From: a virus | Lineage: Duplodnaviria; Caudoviricetes | Direction: 5' to 3' (one strand) | Virus record (IMG/VR): IMGVR_UViG_3300005512_000310 | Location: 1-24,891 of that record | DNA: 24,891 nt | Part shown: piece by piece, positions 7,695 through 15,255 of the stretch | How positions within the stretch are numbered: position 1 is the stretch's first letter | Layout: every line of letters begins with the position of its first letter | Notes under the pieces: model-generated | What the model was told of the DNA's origin: nothing | The model's database searches: none | Seen by the model: only the letters and a program-made list of their open reading frames with translations | Position numbers and translations under genes: made by a program

Positions 7695-8272
7695 GGCTCG
7701 ACGAAAATCCACTCGTGGCCCTCGGCGGCATCCGGGTGCGGGTGCTTGATGAGGTGACATGTGACGTATCCCAGCCGCTGCAGCTGCTCGCCGACGCCGC
7801 TACTGACACCGTGCGACTCGATGAGCCACCGGCACCGTGAGAAGCATGGCAGCGTCGCGCCGGCCAGGGCCTCCACCTCGGCACCCTCGATGTCTACCTT
7901 GATGAAGTCGGGCGGGCCGTACTCGCTGGCCAAGTCGTCGAACGTCACCGTCTCCACCGTCACCTTCTCGACGACCTCGACCTTGGCCTTGCCGTCGCCG
8001 ATGCCGTGCTCAGGCAGCAGCGACGTCTGCAGGGCACTCGTCCGGCGGTAGAGCGTCTCCTCGCCGGTCTCGCTCCAGACGGCACGCCGGTCGTACTCAA
8101 CGCCGGCCGGCGGCTGGCATCGCTCGTCGGGCTCAAGGGACACCACAGACTCAAACATGCCCTTGAGCATGACCGTCCACTCGCCGGCATTCGCGCCGAC
8201 GTCCCACGCCATGCGGCGGGGGCACGCCTCGATGAGCGGCATCCACTGCTTGAGCCAGGGCTCTTGTCTCAT
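7691..8272 (-). CDS. FkbM-family SAM-dependent methyltransferase
   Basis: WDVGANAG motif I, SLEP, FIKVDIEGAE; ATGA overlap start. Confidence 0.88.
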   Translation of the reverse strand: MRQEPWLKQWMPLIEACPRRMAWDVGANAGEWTVMLKGMFESVVSLEPDERCQPPAGVEYDRRAVWSETGEETLYRRTSALQTSLLPEHGIGDGKAKVEVVEKVTVETVTFDDLASEYGPPDFIKVDIEGAEVEALAGATLPCFSRCRWLIESHGVSSGVGEQLQRLGYVTCHLIKHPHPDAAEGHEWIFVEP

Positions 8273-9225
8273 TGGTGCTCCCATCCTGCAATCACGCCGG
8301 ACAGCTTGCGCTCAATGCTCCGGTAAGCCTTTTGCTCAATAATCACCAGCTTGTACTGAGGAAAAAACTTCGCAAACCTCTTGAGCTTTCCTTTGCTTGC
8401 TGAATCCATCCAGCCTTTCACTTCATGAAACGCAACTGTTCCGTCACCTTCAACAACTTTGAAATCTGGCTTGTACGTGTACGGGCCGCGCTGAACGCCT
8501 TCAAACCGAAACGTGATAGGCTCGTATTCCCAAGCAGCAATTTCCCCGCGTTCTTCAAGCCACCTTAAATATCTTGCATAGTTTGCCTCCCACCTGCTTC
8601 TGACAAAGAATCCGAGATCATCCCGCATCCCGCGTCGGCACCGGCTGTATGCATTGCGACCGTTGTTTAATGCGTGAACGGGAGAGCCGGTTCCGTATCG
8701 CTCAATATTTGTCCCTACTTGCTGCTGTCGCCGAAGTTCTAAAAGCATTGGGCGTTTCCGCATTTCTGCCCACTGCTTGGCAGACTTTTTGCCGATCTTT
8801 TGGCGAGTTTTTTTTGAGTGCTTTAGGCCAAGAGCTCCTTTCGGGTGGCCTTTCTCAGCTATCTGCTTTTTCGAGCGTTTTGAAAGCTTTTCGAGCGAAG
8901 AAGTCAGAAGTACGCGCCGGTTTGATCTAGTCAGGCCAATGGCTCGAGCTTTACGGCATACGTTTGACTTGCAGCGGCCAAGTTCTTGTGCAAGTACTTC
9001 GAGGCGCAACGTGTCCTTTCCTCCTGCACCAGGCCTCAAGTACCACGAAACAAGCTTGGCCAACTCTTCGTCAGTCCAAGCATCGTCTCGTTTTTTCCAG
9101 CCATTTTTGCTGCACGCATTTCTCACTGCGTGATGGCTTACGCCGATCATCGCAGCAATTTGCTTGTGAGTGTGCGTGCGGTAGTGCCGCCGGATTGTTT
9201 CTAGCTGCTGCGAGTTCATAGCCAT
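8269..9225 (-). CDS. HTH + NUMOD3 + PD-(D/E)XK endonuclease (DUF1064-like C-terminus)
   Basis: Two HTH-like units, KHSKKTRQKIG, then RSRWEANYA...WEYEP...YKPDF...EVKG; lower GC than flanks. Confidence 0.75.
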   Translation of the reverse strand: MAMNSQQLETIRRHYRTHTHKQIAAMIGVSHHAVRNACSKNGWKKRDDAWTDEELAKLVSWYLRPGAGGKDTLRLEVLAQELGRCKSNVCRKARAIGLTRSNRRVLLTSSLEKLSKRSKKQIAEKGHPKGALGLKHSKKTRQKIGKKSAKQWAEMRKRPMLLELRRQQQVGTNIERYGTGSPVHALNNGRNAYSRCRRGMRDDLGFFVRSRWEANYARYLRWLEERGEIAAWEYEPITFRFEGVQRGPYTYKPDFKVVEGDGTVAFHEVKGWMDSASKGKLKRFAKFFPQYKLVIIEQKAYRSIERKLSGVIAGWEHQ

Positions 9226-9232
9226 GGCCCGA

Positions 9233-9529
9233 CTATGAGGCCGCTGTCAACTGCCGCCAGCGTCTCTTCCGGGTGGCCCGCTCGCTCTCGCCACGCCGCT
9301 CGGCGTAGTGCCGCTCCCGGCACTCTCGGGCACGCTCGCGGATCTGCTCTGGCGTCGGGTCGATTGCCGCAGAATGCACCGTCTCACGACGTGGCAGCCC
9401 TACCTTGGCCGCCACTTTGCTCAGGTACGACTGCGAGACGCCCAGTGCGATGGCAATCTCTCGCCGGCTTAGCGTCTTGTCATGCCACAAGCGGCAGAGC
9501 TTTGGCACGTCGATAGTTACTCGTGGCAT
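9233..9529 (-). CDS. HTH protein with DPTP motif
   Basis: LW...SRREIAIALGVSQSYLSK...GLPRR...DPTPEQI. Confidence 0.7.
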   Translation of the reverse strand: MPRVTIDVPKLCRLWHDKTLSRREIAIALGVSQSYLSKVAAKVGLPRRETVHSAAIDPTPEQIRERARECRERHYAERRGESERATRKRRWRQLTAAS

Positions 9530-9532
9530 CGC

Positions 9533-10642
9533 TCAGCCCTCCTGCGCCAGAGGCATGATGACGCCGGTATACGGCCCGCACCGCAGCAGCACCCGGCTAG
9601 CCGGGTCCGCAGCGTAGACGTCCACGTTGGGCTCCTCGTCCGGCGGCAGCGTCCGCAGGAAGTCGGCCAGATACCTTGGGTCGAGCTTCGTCGAGCTCGT
9701 CGAGCCGGCCACGACGACAGGGCACTTGACGGTGCTCTCGCCGTACTCGCTCGAGCGGCCTGAGATGACGAGCGTGTCGGCGGTCCATGCCAAGTCGACG
9801 CCCTTGGACTGCTCGCTCGTCACGATCGCCGCGGCCCGCACAGCCGGCAGCAGGTCGGCCACCTCTAGCACGCTCGGCTCACCGTCGACGTCGCCCACCA
9901 CGTCACGCCACCTTGGGAATCGGCCCTCGACGATCCGGCCGGTGACGGTGACGCTCCCGGCCTCGGCGACTACCTCGGTGCCGTTGGCCATGAACTGCAC
10001 GGAATCGGCACCGCTGACGCTTGCCACGATGTCCATGAGCCGCCGCGGCACCAGCACCTGCTGGTCGTCGACCGCCTGGTCGGTCTCAGTCTCAACGTAC
10101 GCCAGCCGGCGGCCGTCGGTGGCCACCCAGGTCGGGTTGCCGTCGAGCACCTCGACGAGCACCGCCCCAAGAGCGTAGCGGCTGCTCTCGCTGTCGGTTG
10201 CGTAAGTCGTGGCCTTGGCTGTGCGGGCGAACTGGTCGGCCGGCAGCCGGCAGACAGCCTGCAGATTTGCAGGTTCCCACGCCGGGAACTCGGCGACGTC
10301 TTCGGTGGGCAGCGTCCACGAGCCACCACCGCAGGTCACCTTCACGCTGCCGCCGGCCGGCTTCAGCGTCACGGTGTCGCCCGAGGCGGCCCGCAGAATC
10401 GAGAGCAGCCGCTCGCCCGGCAAGAGCACCGGGTCGCAGTGCTCGGCGATGGCGACGTCGATCCTGAGCTCGAGGTCGGTGGCGGTCACAAGCCCGTCGC
10501 CGATGCGGACGTTGGCCAGCACCGGCTTTGGGCCTCGGGCCTGCCATGCCGACTTGCACTGCACGACGGCGTCGAGCAGCTCAGTTCTTTGAAGGGTCGT
10601 GGTAGTACTGGAAGCCTTCGGCTTCGTAGCGGTTGCGGTCAT
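9533..10642 (-). CDS. dnaN: DNA polymerase III beta sliding clamp
   Basis: PVLANV, ATDLEL, AEFP, SSRYALGAV, VATDGRRLA, EGRFPRW, VIMP; 369 aa from MTATAT. Confidence 0.93.
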   Translation of the reverse strand: MTATATKPKASSTTTTLQRTELLDAVVQCKSAWQARGPKPVLANVRIGDGLVTATDLELRIDVAIAEHCDPVLLPGERLLSILRAASGDTVTLKPAGGSVKVTCGGGSWTLPTEDVAEFPAWEPANLQAVCRLPADQFARTAKATTYATDSESSRYALGAVLVEVLDGNPTWVATDGRRLAYVETETDQAVDDQQVLVPRRLMDIVASVSGADSVQFMANGTEVVAEAGSVTVTGRIVEGRFPRWRDVVGDVDGEPSVLEVADLLPAVRAAAIVTSEQSKGVDLAWTADTLVISGRSSEYGESTVKCPVVVAGSTSSTKLDPRYLADFLRTLPPDEEPNVDVYAADPASRVLLRCGPYTGVIMPLAQEG

Positions 10643-10757
10643 CGGTCGATTCCTTTCTTCGCTGACAAACACTGACGCCCACAGCAACGCCGAGGAAAAA
10701 CGTCAATACGTTAAAGAGCATCCCGAGCGAGATGCAGGTGAACTCGCTCACGCTCAT
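10581..10757 (-). CDS. Small single-TM protein (58 aa)
   Basis: Below the ORF-track cutoff. MSVSEFTCISLGMLFNVLTFFLGVAVGVSVCQRRKE...; ATGA overlap with the upstream stop. Confidence 0.6.
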   Translation of the reverse strand: MSVSEFTCISLGMLFNVLTFFLGVAVGVSVCQRRKESTDDRNRYEAEGFQYYHDPSKN

Positions 10758-11002
10758 GCGGCACCGCCCTTCTGGCGGCCGTACAGCTGATGGAACAGCA
10801 GTGCAGCGTCGCCCTCGGCCTGGTCCAGGTCGTGAGCCAGCTGGGCGTTACGGGCGCACAAGCCTCGCACGGTATCGGCCGCCCACTCGACGAGGCATCG
10901 GGTGTGGTCGTCGAGGTGGTCGGCCCACGCGTGCATGGCCAGCATGTTGGCGAGCACGAGCGGAGCCGGGGCCGGCTCGGGTGGTTTGCGACTTATGCTC
11001 AC
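10754..11002 (-). CDS. Hypothetical protein
   Basis: 82 aa, AGGAGG RBS, GTGA overlap. Confidence 0.7.
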   Translation of the reverse strand: MSISRKPPEPAPAPLVLANMLAMHAWADHLDDHTRCLVEWAADTVRGLCARNAQLAHDLDQAEGDAALLFHQLYGRQKGGAA

Positions 11003-11616
11003 GCGACGTCCTCCTGACTTGGTTGTGACCCGCCGGTCAAGCCGGCGGCGGAATCCACCTCCTCGATCTGACTGACCGGCTCGCCGCCGGCGGGCGCAGC
11101 ACCGCCGGCCGGCAGAGCCGCAGTGGAAGACTCAGTGGTAGTAACTGGACTACCACTGAATAAGACTGAATTGCGCGCACATAGTGTGCGCAGTCTGCGC
11201 ACGGGTCGTGTCCGGTCTGCGCACGGCTCGTGCGCAGTCTGCGCACCACTCGTGTCCGGACTGCGCACGGCTCGTGCGCGCGCCTGCGCACCACTCGTGT
11301 CCGGGGCGCGCACGGCTCGTGCGCGCTCGGCGATCCCGTAGAGCGTGCTCCCAGGGCCTCCCGTCTTTCCCAGAATCTCCAGAATCCCGCCGTCAACAAG
11401 CTGGGAAATGCCCCTCCTGACGGTGGTGGGATGCACTCCGAGCAGCCCGGCCACGCGCCGCATGGAAAACCTGACCTCGCAGGTCGTCCAATCGGCCGCA
11501 TAGAAGACGTACAGGGCCACCAGGCGGCCCTCGCTCCTCAGGCCGGCTAGCGAACCATCCTTGAGCATCGCCCGCCAGCGGCGTCGCAGGCGGCCTCTGT
11601 CGGGCTTGTCTGCCAT
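10999..11616 (-). CDS. Winged-HTH replication initiator-like protein with internal iterons
   Basis: FSMRRVAGLLGVHPTTVRRGISQLVDGGILE, followed by a repeat-encoded linker; TGATG coupling to the primase-helicase. Confidence 0.7.
   Translation of the reverse strand: MADKPDRGRLRRRWRAMLKDGSLAGLRSEGRLVALYVFYAADWTTCEVRFSMRRVAGLLGVHPTTVRRGISQLVDGGILEILGKTGGPGSTLYGIAERARAVRAPDTSGAQARARAVRSPDTSGAQTAHEPCADRTRPVRRLRTLCARNSVLFSGSPVTTTESSTAALPAGGAAPAGGEPVSQIEEVDSAAGLTGGSQPSQEDVA
11132..11159. repeat. Perfect 11-bp inverted repeat beside the iterons
   Basis: TCAGTGGTAGT-aactgg-ACTACCACTGA. Confidence 0.85.
11175..11324. repeat. Seven iterons (putative replication origin)
   Basis: GCGCAC-N5-GTG(CG/TC)C at 11175, 11197, 11219, 11241, 11263, 11286, 11308. 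Confidence 0.85.
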
Positions 11617-13379
11617 CAGAGGGCCTCCCATCGCTCGCCGGTTGTGTTCGACGAGAACTCAGGAAACGCTGGTATCTCAGTGGCATCCTCAAAGAACTGA
11701 TACTTTCCGTGGAAGTAGAACTCGACGTCTGCCATCTGCCCCTGTCGCAGTTTCTTGCACCGCCACTCGACTTTGATCTCGCCGTCCTGGCCGACCTCGC
11801 CGGCCCGGTGGCCGAAGAGAAAGTTGTCGACATCGAAGTCGATCTGATTAGAGCCCTTGCCGATGTTTCCGATCTCGGTGTTGGCATCGCAGCCCTTGGC
11901 GATGTTGGTCACCAGCAGCGTGGCCATGTTCCTCGAGGTCGTCATCTCTCGGAGCTTGAGAAGAACGTCGTTGATCTCGCCTGTCTTGTCCTGGAAGTGT
12001 CGGCTCGACCTGACCAGCTGGAGGTAGTCCACGACCAATAGGACAGGGTTGTCCTTGATGAGGGCTCGCTCAATACGGTCGATCATCAGCGGGGCCTCGA
12101 TCATCTTGAGCCGGGTGCCGATCACCTGGCCCAACTCAGTGGCCACCTGCTCAGACGGCTCACGCTTGTGGATGACGTCTTGCAGCGTGAGCTCGTGAGT
12201 AGCCCCGCCGAAGTTGGTGATTGCCCGGGCCGCCAGGGCCGCCCTGGTCATCTCGCCCAGGCACCAAGCCGCCACCATGTCGGGATTGTGGGCCAGGCAC
12301 TGAAGCACCAGCTGCAGGGCGAGAGCCGACTTGCCGACGCCGGGGGCCGCGGCGAGGGCCGTCATCTGCCCAAGCGGAAGGCCACCATCAAACAGTTTGT
12401 CGAGGGCCGGCAGTCCGGTCGGGATCGCAGGCGTCTCTTCCTGCTGCCGCCACGCCTCGATGGCGTCGAGGAGGGTTGGAGTCGGCAGCTCGTCCTCGGC
12501 GTCGGCCACGACCTGGGCTTCCTCGGCCGCCCCCAGCACCGGCAGCCTCGTCCGCTTCCAAGCGTTGGCGATCTGCCGCGGGCAGTCATCAAGGTCGTCC
12601 TGCCGGAGGCCCACGCGGCGCATCCGCTGCATGACGAGCTCGGTCGCCTCAGCAACTCCCCACCCCCGGGCCGCCAAGTCGCAGGCCACGGTGAACATGG
12701 TCTGCCGGCGGCCAGCCGTCAGCGTGAATCCCTCGTCAAGAAACCGGCGGGTCAAGTCGCTCATGCTCTTGGGCTTGACCACGACCGACTGCACGGCCTG
12801 CCGCTCAAACGCATCCATGCGGTAGACCCGCGTGGCATCGCAGTCGTAGAGGTGGGCCAGGGGCCGCTGCTCGTGCTTCCAGTTGATAAAGCCCGGGAGC
12901 CTCATGATCCTGGGCCAGTCGCAGATCGACTGATCAGACCCGAGGGCCGCCGCCATAGCCTTCATCCGAAGGTGCCAGAGCTCGGCGTCGTCCACCGGCT
13001 CCTCAAGCCGCCACCAGCAGTGCACCCCGCCGCCGCTCTCCAGGATCGCGGTCGGCATCGGGTAGCCGGCCGCCTTCACGCGAGACAGCGCGTCCTCTAC
13101 CACGACCCCGCCGTCAAAGTCGGCGAACAGGCAGCGGGCCAGGGCTACGCCTTCGGCCTGGCTGGCCCCGATGGATCGCCTAGGGTTGGCTCCGAAGTAG
13201 GCGTGCACCCGCTGGTTCTCGTCCTTGTTGACCCGCTCCAGCCAGTCAACGATGTCCGGGATCTCGGGCAGCGGTGCCCAGCGTCGGCCAGCGGCCGGCG
13301 GCAGCGGGCGGAACTCGATGATGTCCTCGGGCTCAAAGATGGCCCCGAGAAAATCAATGCACTGAGACAAGGTGTCCAT
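11616..13379 (-). CDS. Primase-helicase fusion (RepB/AEP-type primase + DnaB/SF4-like helicase)
   Basis: FADFD, ESGGGVHCWW, RIMRLPG; Walker A AAPGVGKS; Walker B LVVDYLQ; KKLRQG. Confidence 0.9.
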   Translation of the reverse strand: MDTLSQCIDFLGAIFEPEDIIEFRPLPPAAGRRWAPLPEIPDIVDWLERVNKDENQRVHAYFGANPRRSIGASQAEGVALARCLFADFDGGVVVEDALSRVKAAGYPMPTAILESGGGVHCWWRLEEPVDDAELWHLRMKAMAAALGSDQSICDWPRIMRLPGFINWKHEQRPLAHLYDCDATRVYRMDAFERQAVQSVVVKPKSMSDLTRRFLDEGFTLTAGRRQTMFTVACDLAARGWGVAEATELVMQRMRRVGLRQDDLDDCPRQIANAWKRTRLPVLGAAEEAQVVADAEDELPTPTLLDAIEAWRQQEETPAIPTGLPALDKLFDGGLPLGQMTALAAAPGVGKSALALQLVLQCLAHNPDMVAAWCLGEMTRAALAARAITNFGGATHELTLQDVIHKREPSEQVATELGQVIGTRLKMIEAPLMIDRIERALIKDNPVLLVVDYLQLVRSSRHFQDKTGEINDVLLKLREMTTSRNMATLLVTNIAKGCDANTEIGNIGKGSNQIDFDVDNFLFGHRAGEVGQDGEIKVEWRCKKLRQGQMADVEFYFHGKYQFFEDATEIPAFPEFSSNTTGERWEAL

Positions 13380-13936
13380 TAGCGGCTACCTACTTTCCAT
13401 CCGCACTTGAGGTTTGCGTTATGGCCTACTCGCCATCCAACTTTTTCGCCGTAACTTAAAAACGACAACATTGAGCTGCTGTTCAGGCTCAGTGTCAGGC
13501 GGCCGTGACGATCTTCACGTGCAACGCCGATTCTGCTTGCAGCCATTAACGATGAAACCGTTCCGCCACACTCTTCAAATCCAGGAAACAAAAAGGCCTG
13601 GTTCAAAGTAAAACGAACGCCAGAGTCAGGCAGCTGAAAAACTGCATCCATGTAGTCGCAAGCTTGGTTCAACGCATCGCCAGCGGCATGACCAGACTTC
13701 TTGATCTCTACGGCAGATACGCCGTAGTTCCAGCCGAGATCAAGCAACGGCTTTTTGGGCCACAAAATCCTGTCCGCACGGACCTTCTGATGCCCTCGAC
13801 GCGAAGACCAAAAATGCCCATTTACCTCGCGTGCCACCTTAAAAAAGTGATCCACGCCAGCTAAAAGCATGTCTAAGGCTGCCTCGGAGTCTTGCTCCGT
13901 CGCATATTCGCCCACAGTTTTTAGAGACGAAATCAT
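13379..13936 (-). CDS. PD-(D/E)XK restriction-endonuclease-like protein
   Basis: REV...RADRI...VEIKK...QACDY; lower GC. Start chosen at the ATG after GGAG; alternative start 13972. Confidence 0.6.
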   Translation of the reverse strand: MISSLKTVGEYATEQDSEAALDMLLAGVDHFFKVAREVNGHFWSSRRGHQKVRADRILWPKKPLLDLGWNYGVSAVEIKKSGHAAGDALNQACDYMDAVFQLPDSGVRFTLNQAFLFPGFEECGGTVSSLMAASRIGVAREDRHGRLTLSLNSSSMLSFLSYGEKVGWRVGHNANLKCGWKVGSR

Positions 13937-13964
13937 GATGGGCACTCCATTGCCTTGCCGCTGG

Positions 13965-14570
13965 TCAACCAACCCCGGCCTTTTCTCTAAACTGCACCTG
14001 GCCGCGTCCGCTGCGGACGTTGGTGTCGATCACAATCGCTGGCTTGCTGTAAGCACCTTTGCCGCGACCTGCGCCCTGCTCCCGGCCATCGGCCCCAACA
14101 TCTCCAGACCGAGTGCCTGTAATTTTGGCTTTCCTGCGACTCTTCCATCGCTTTTGCTTAGCCAACTTGCCATCGAGCGTGTAGCTAGGCCGCGGTGCTT
14201 TCAGAAGAAATCCAGCATCAGGTATCACCGACTTGCCTTGGTCAAAGTTTTCAACCAGATTTCGCATCTCGGGAGACATAGTAAATCGCTCGACACGCCT
14301 AGTCCCGTCAGGGCCAGGTAACTCGACATACGCCACGCTTTTCCAGAACATGACCTTGGTGGCAGCAAACTGACGCTTGCAGGCTTGTGCAAAAACGCAG
14401 CATCCAGGGTCTTTAGTTGTTGCTGATGCAACGTCTTGCGGCTGCACAAACACTCGCAAGTCATTTGCTGCGTCCACCACCTCAATGTCGCCCCAGTGCC
14501 TCCTAATGTGCTCGTATGATTTTGTGTTGCGGCTAGCAGAAGTGCGCTTGGCAAGTTTTGTCGGCATCAC
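13965..14570 (-). CDS. Basic hypothetical protein (DPGCCVFAQACKR motif)
   Basis: Strong AGGAGGT RBS, 201 aa, lower GC. Confidence 0.7.
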   Translation of the reverse strand: MMPTKLAKRTSASRNTKSYEHIRRHWGDIEVVDAANDLRVFVQPQDVASATTKDPGCCVFAQACKRQFAATKVMFWKSVAYVELPGPDGTRRVERFTMSPEMRNLVENFDQGKSVIPDAGFLLKAPRPSYTLDGKLAKQKRWKSRRKAKITGTRSGDVGADGREQGAGRGKGAYSKPAIVIDTNVRSGRGQVQFREKAGVG

Positions 14571-14641
14571 ATCACCTCCTATGTCTGTCTGTCAGCGTCC
14601 ATGCCGCAGGCCCACGCGAGCATCAGCGGCCAACCATCCAG

Positions 14642-14753
14642 CACCCGCCAGCGGACTTGCACCACTGCCGCCTGGGTTATGAGCCCAGGCTCACACTATG
14701 TGCGGGTTACCAGCCACCACGGAGGAAGGTTCGGGACACCGTGGCAGCGGGCG
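14642..14753 (-). ncRNA. tRNA-Met(CAU)-like element with non-canonical D-arm
   Basis: CTGGG-CTCATAA-CCCAG, GCGGC, AGTGG-TGCAAGT-CCGCT, GGCGGGT-G; no standard D-arm and no encoded CCA. Confidence 0.65.
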
Positions 14754-14761
14754 GTAATCAC

Positions 14762-15235
14762 TCAGAAGGGGATGTCGTCCGCCGGGCCTGAGACAGCAAC
14801 CTTCTGCGGCCTCGGACGACTCTTCTTCTGCTCAGCGGCCCCGGCCGTAGCCGGCACGTACCGCTTCACGACTGCCGAGACCTTGCCGGCCTTGCTCGTG
14901 TAGTGGCTGATCTCCACGTTCACGACCTGGCCGACGAGCTCCTCGGGCTTCAGACTCAGCCGGCCTCCGACCGGCACGATAGCCAGGGCCTCGGCCAACT
15001 GCTTCGCCCGCCATCCCAGGTGCTTCGGGATGTCGTCAAAGACGAACTTGTACATGCCGTCGACGGTCGAGAGACGCAGTTTGATGCACTGCCCCTCCGG
15101 GTTTTCGTCGCTGGTCTTGTACTGGTTCGGCCCCTCCTCGCAGTGCTTGATCGTCATCCGGTGCTGGCCGGCGGGCACGATCTCCCGCTCGACCATCGGC
15201 GGCTGACTCATCTCGTCTTCGATCACGAAGTCCAT
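14762..15235 (-). CDS. Phage single-stranded DNA-binding protein (DUF669-like)
   Basis: VPAG-H, ELVGQVVNV, C-terminal DDIPF; follows the Sak4-like gene. Confidence 0.75.
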   Translation of the reverse strand: MDFVIEDEMSQPPMVEREIVPAGQHRMTIKHCEEGPNQYKTSDENPEGQCIKLRLSTVDGMYKFVFDDIPKHLGWRAKQLAEALAIVPVGGRLSLKPEELVGQVVNVEISHYTSKAGKVSAVVKRYVPATAGAAEQKKSRPRPQKVAVSGPADDIPF

Positions 15236-15255
15236 CTCGTTCCTGTCCTTTCTGT

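Noticed and set aside
11175-11324. CRISPR array
   Set aside because: 22-bp period with no unique spacers and no cas genes; it lies inside a CDS and fits iterons.
12168-13382. 404-aa plus-strand ORF and the many other plus-strand ORFs
   Set aside because: Antisense shadows of motif-bearing genes in GC-rich DNA; no motifs or RBS of their own.
14642-14714. Canonical functional tRNA-Met gene
   Set aside because: At canonical spacing the 5' strand (GCTGGTA) cannot pair with GGCGGGT and no D-stem forms, so it is reported as tRNA-like instead.
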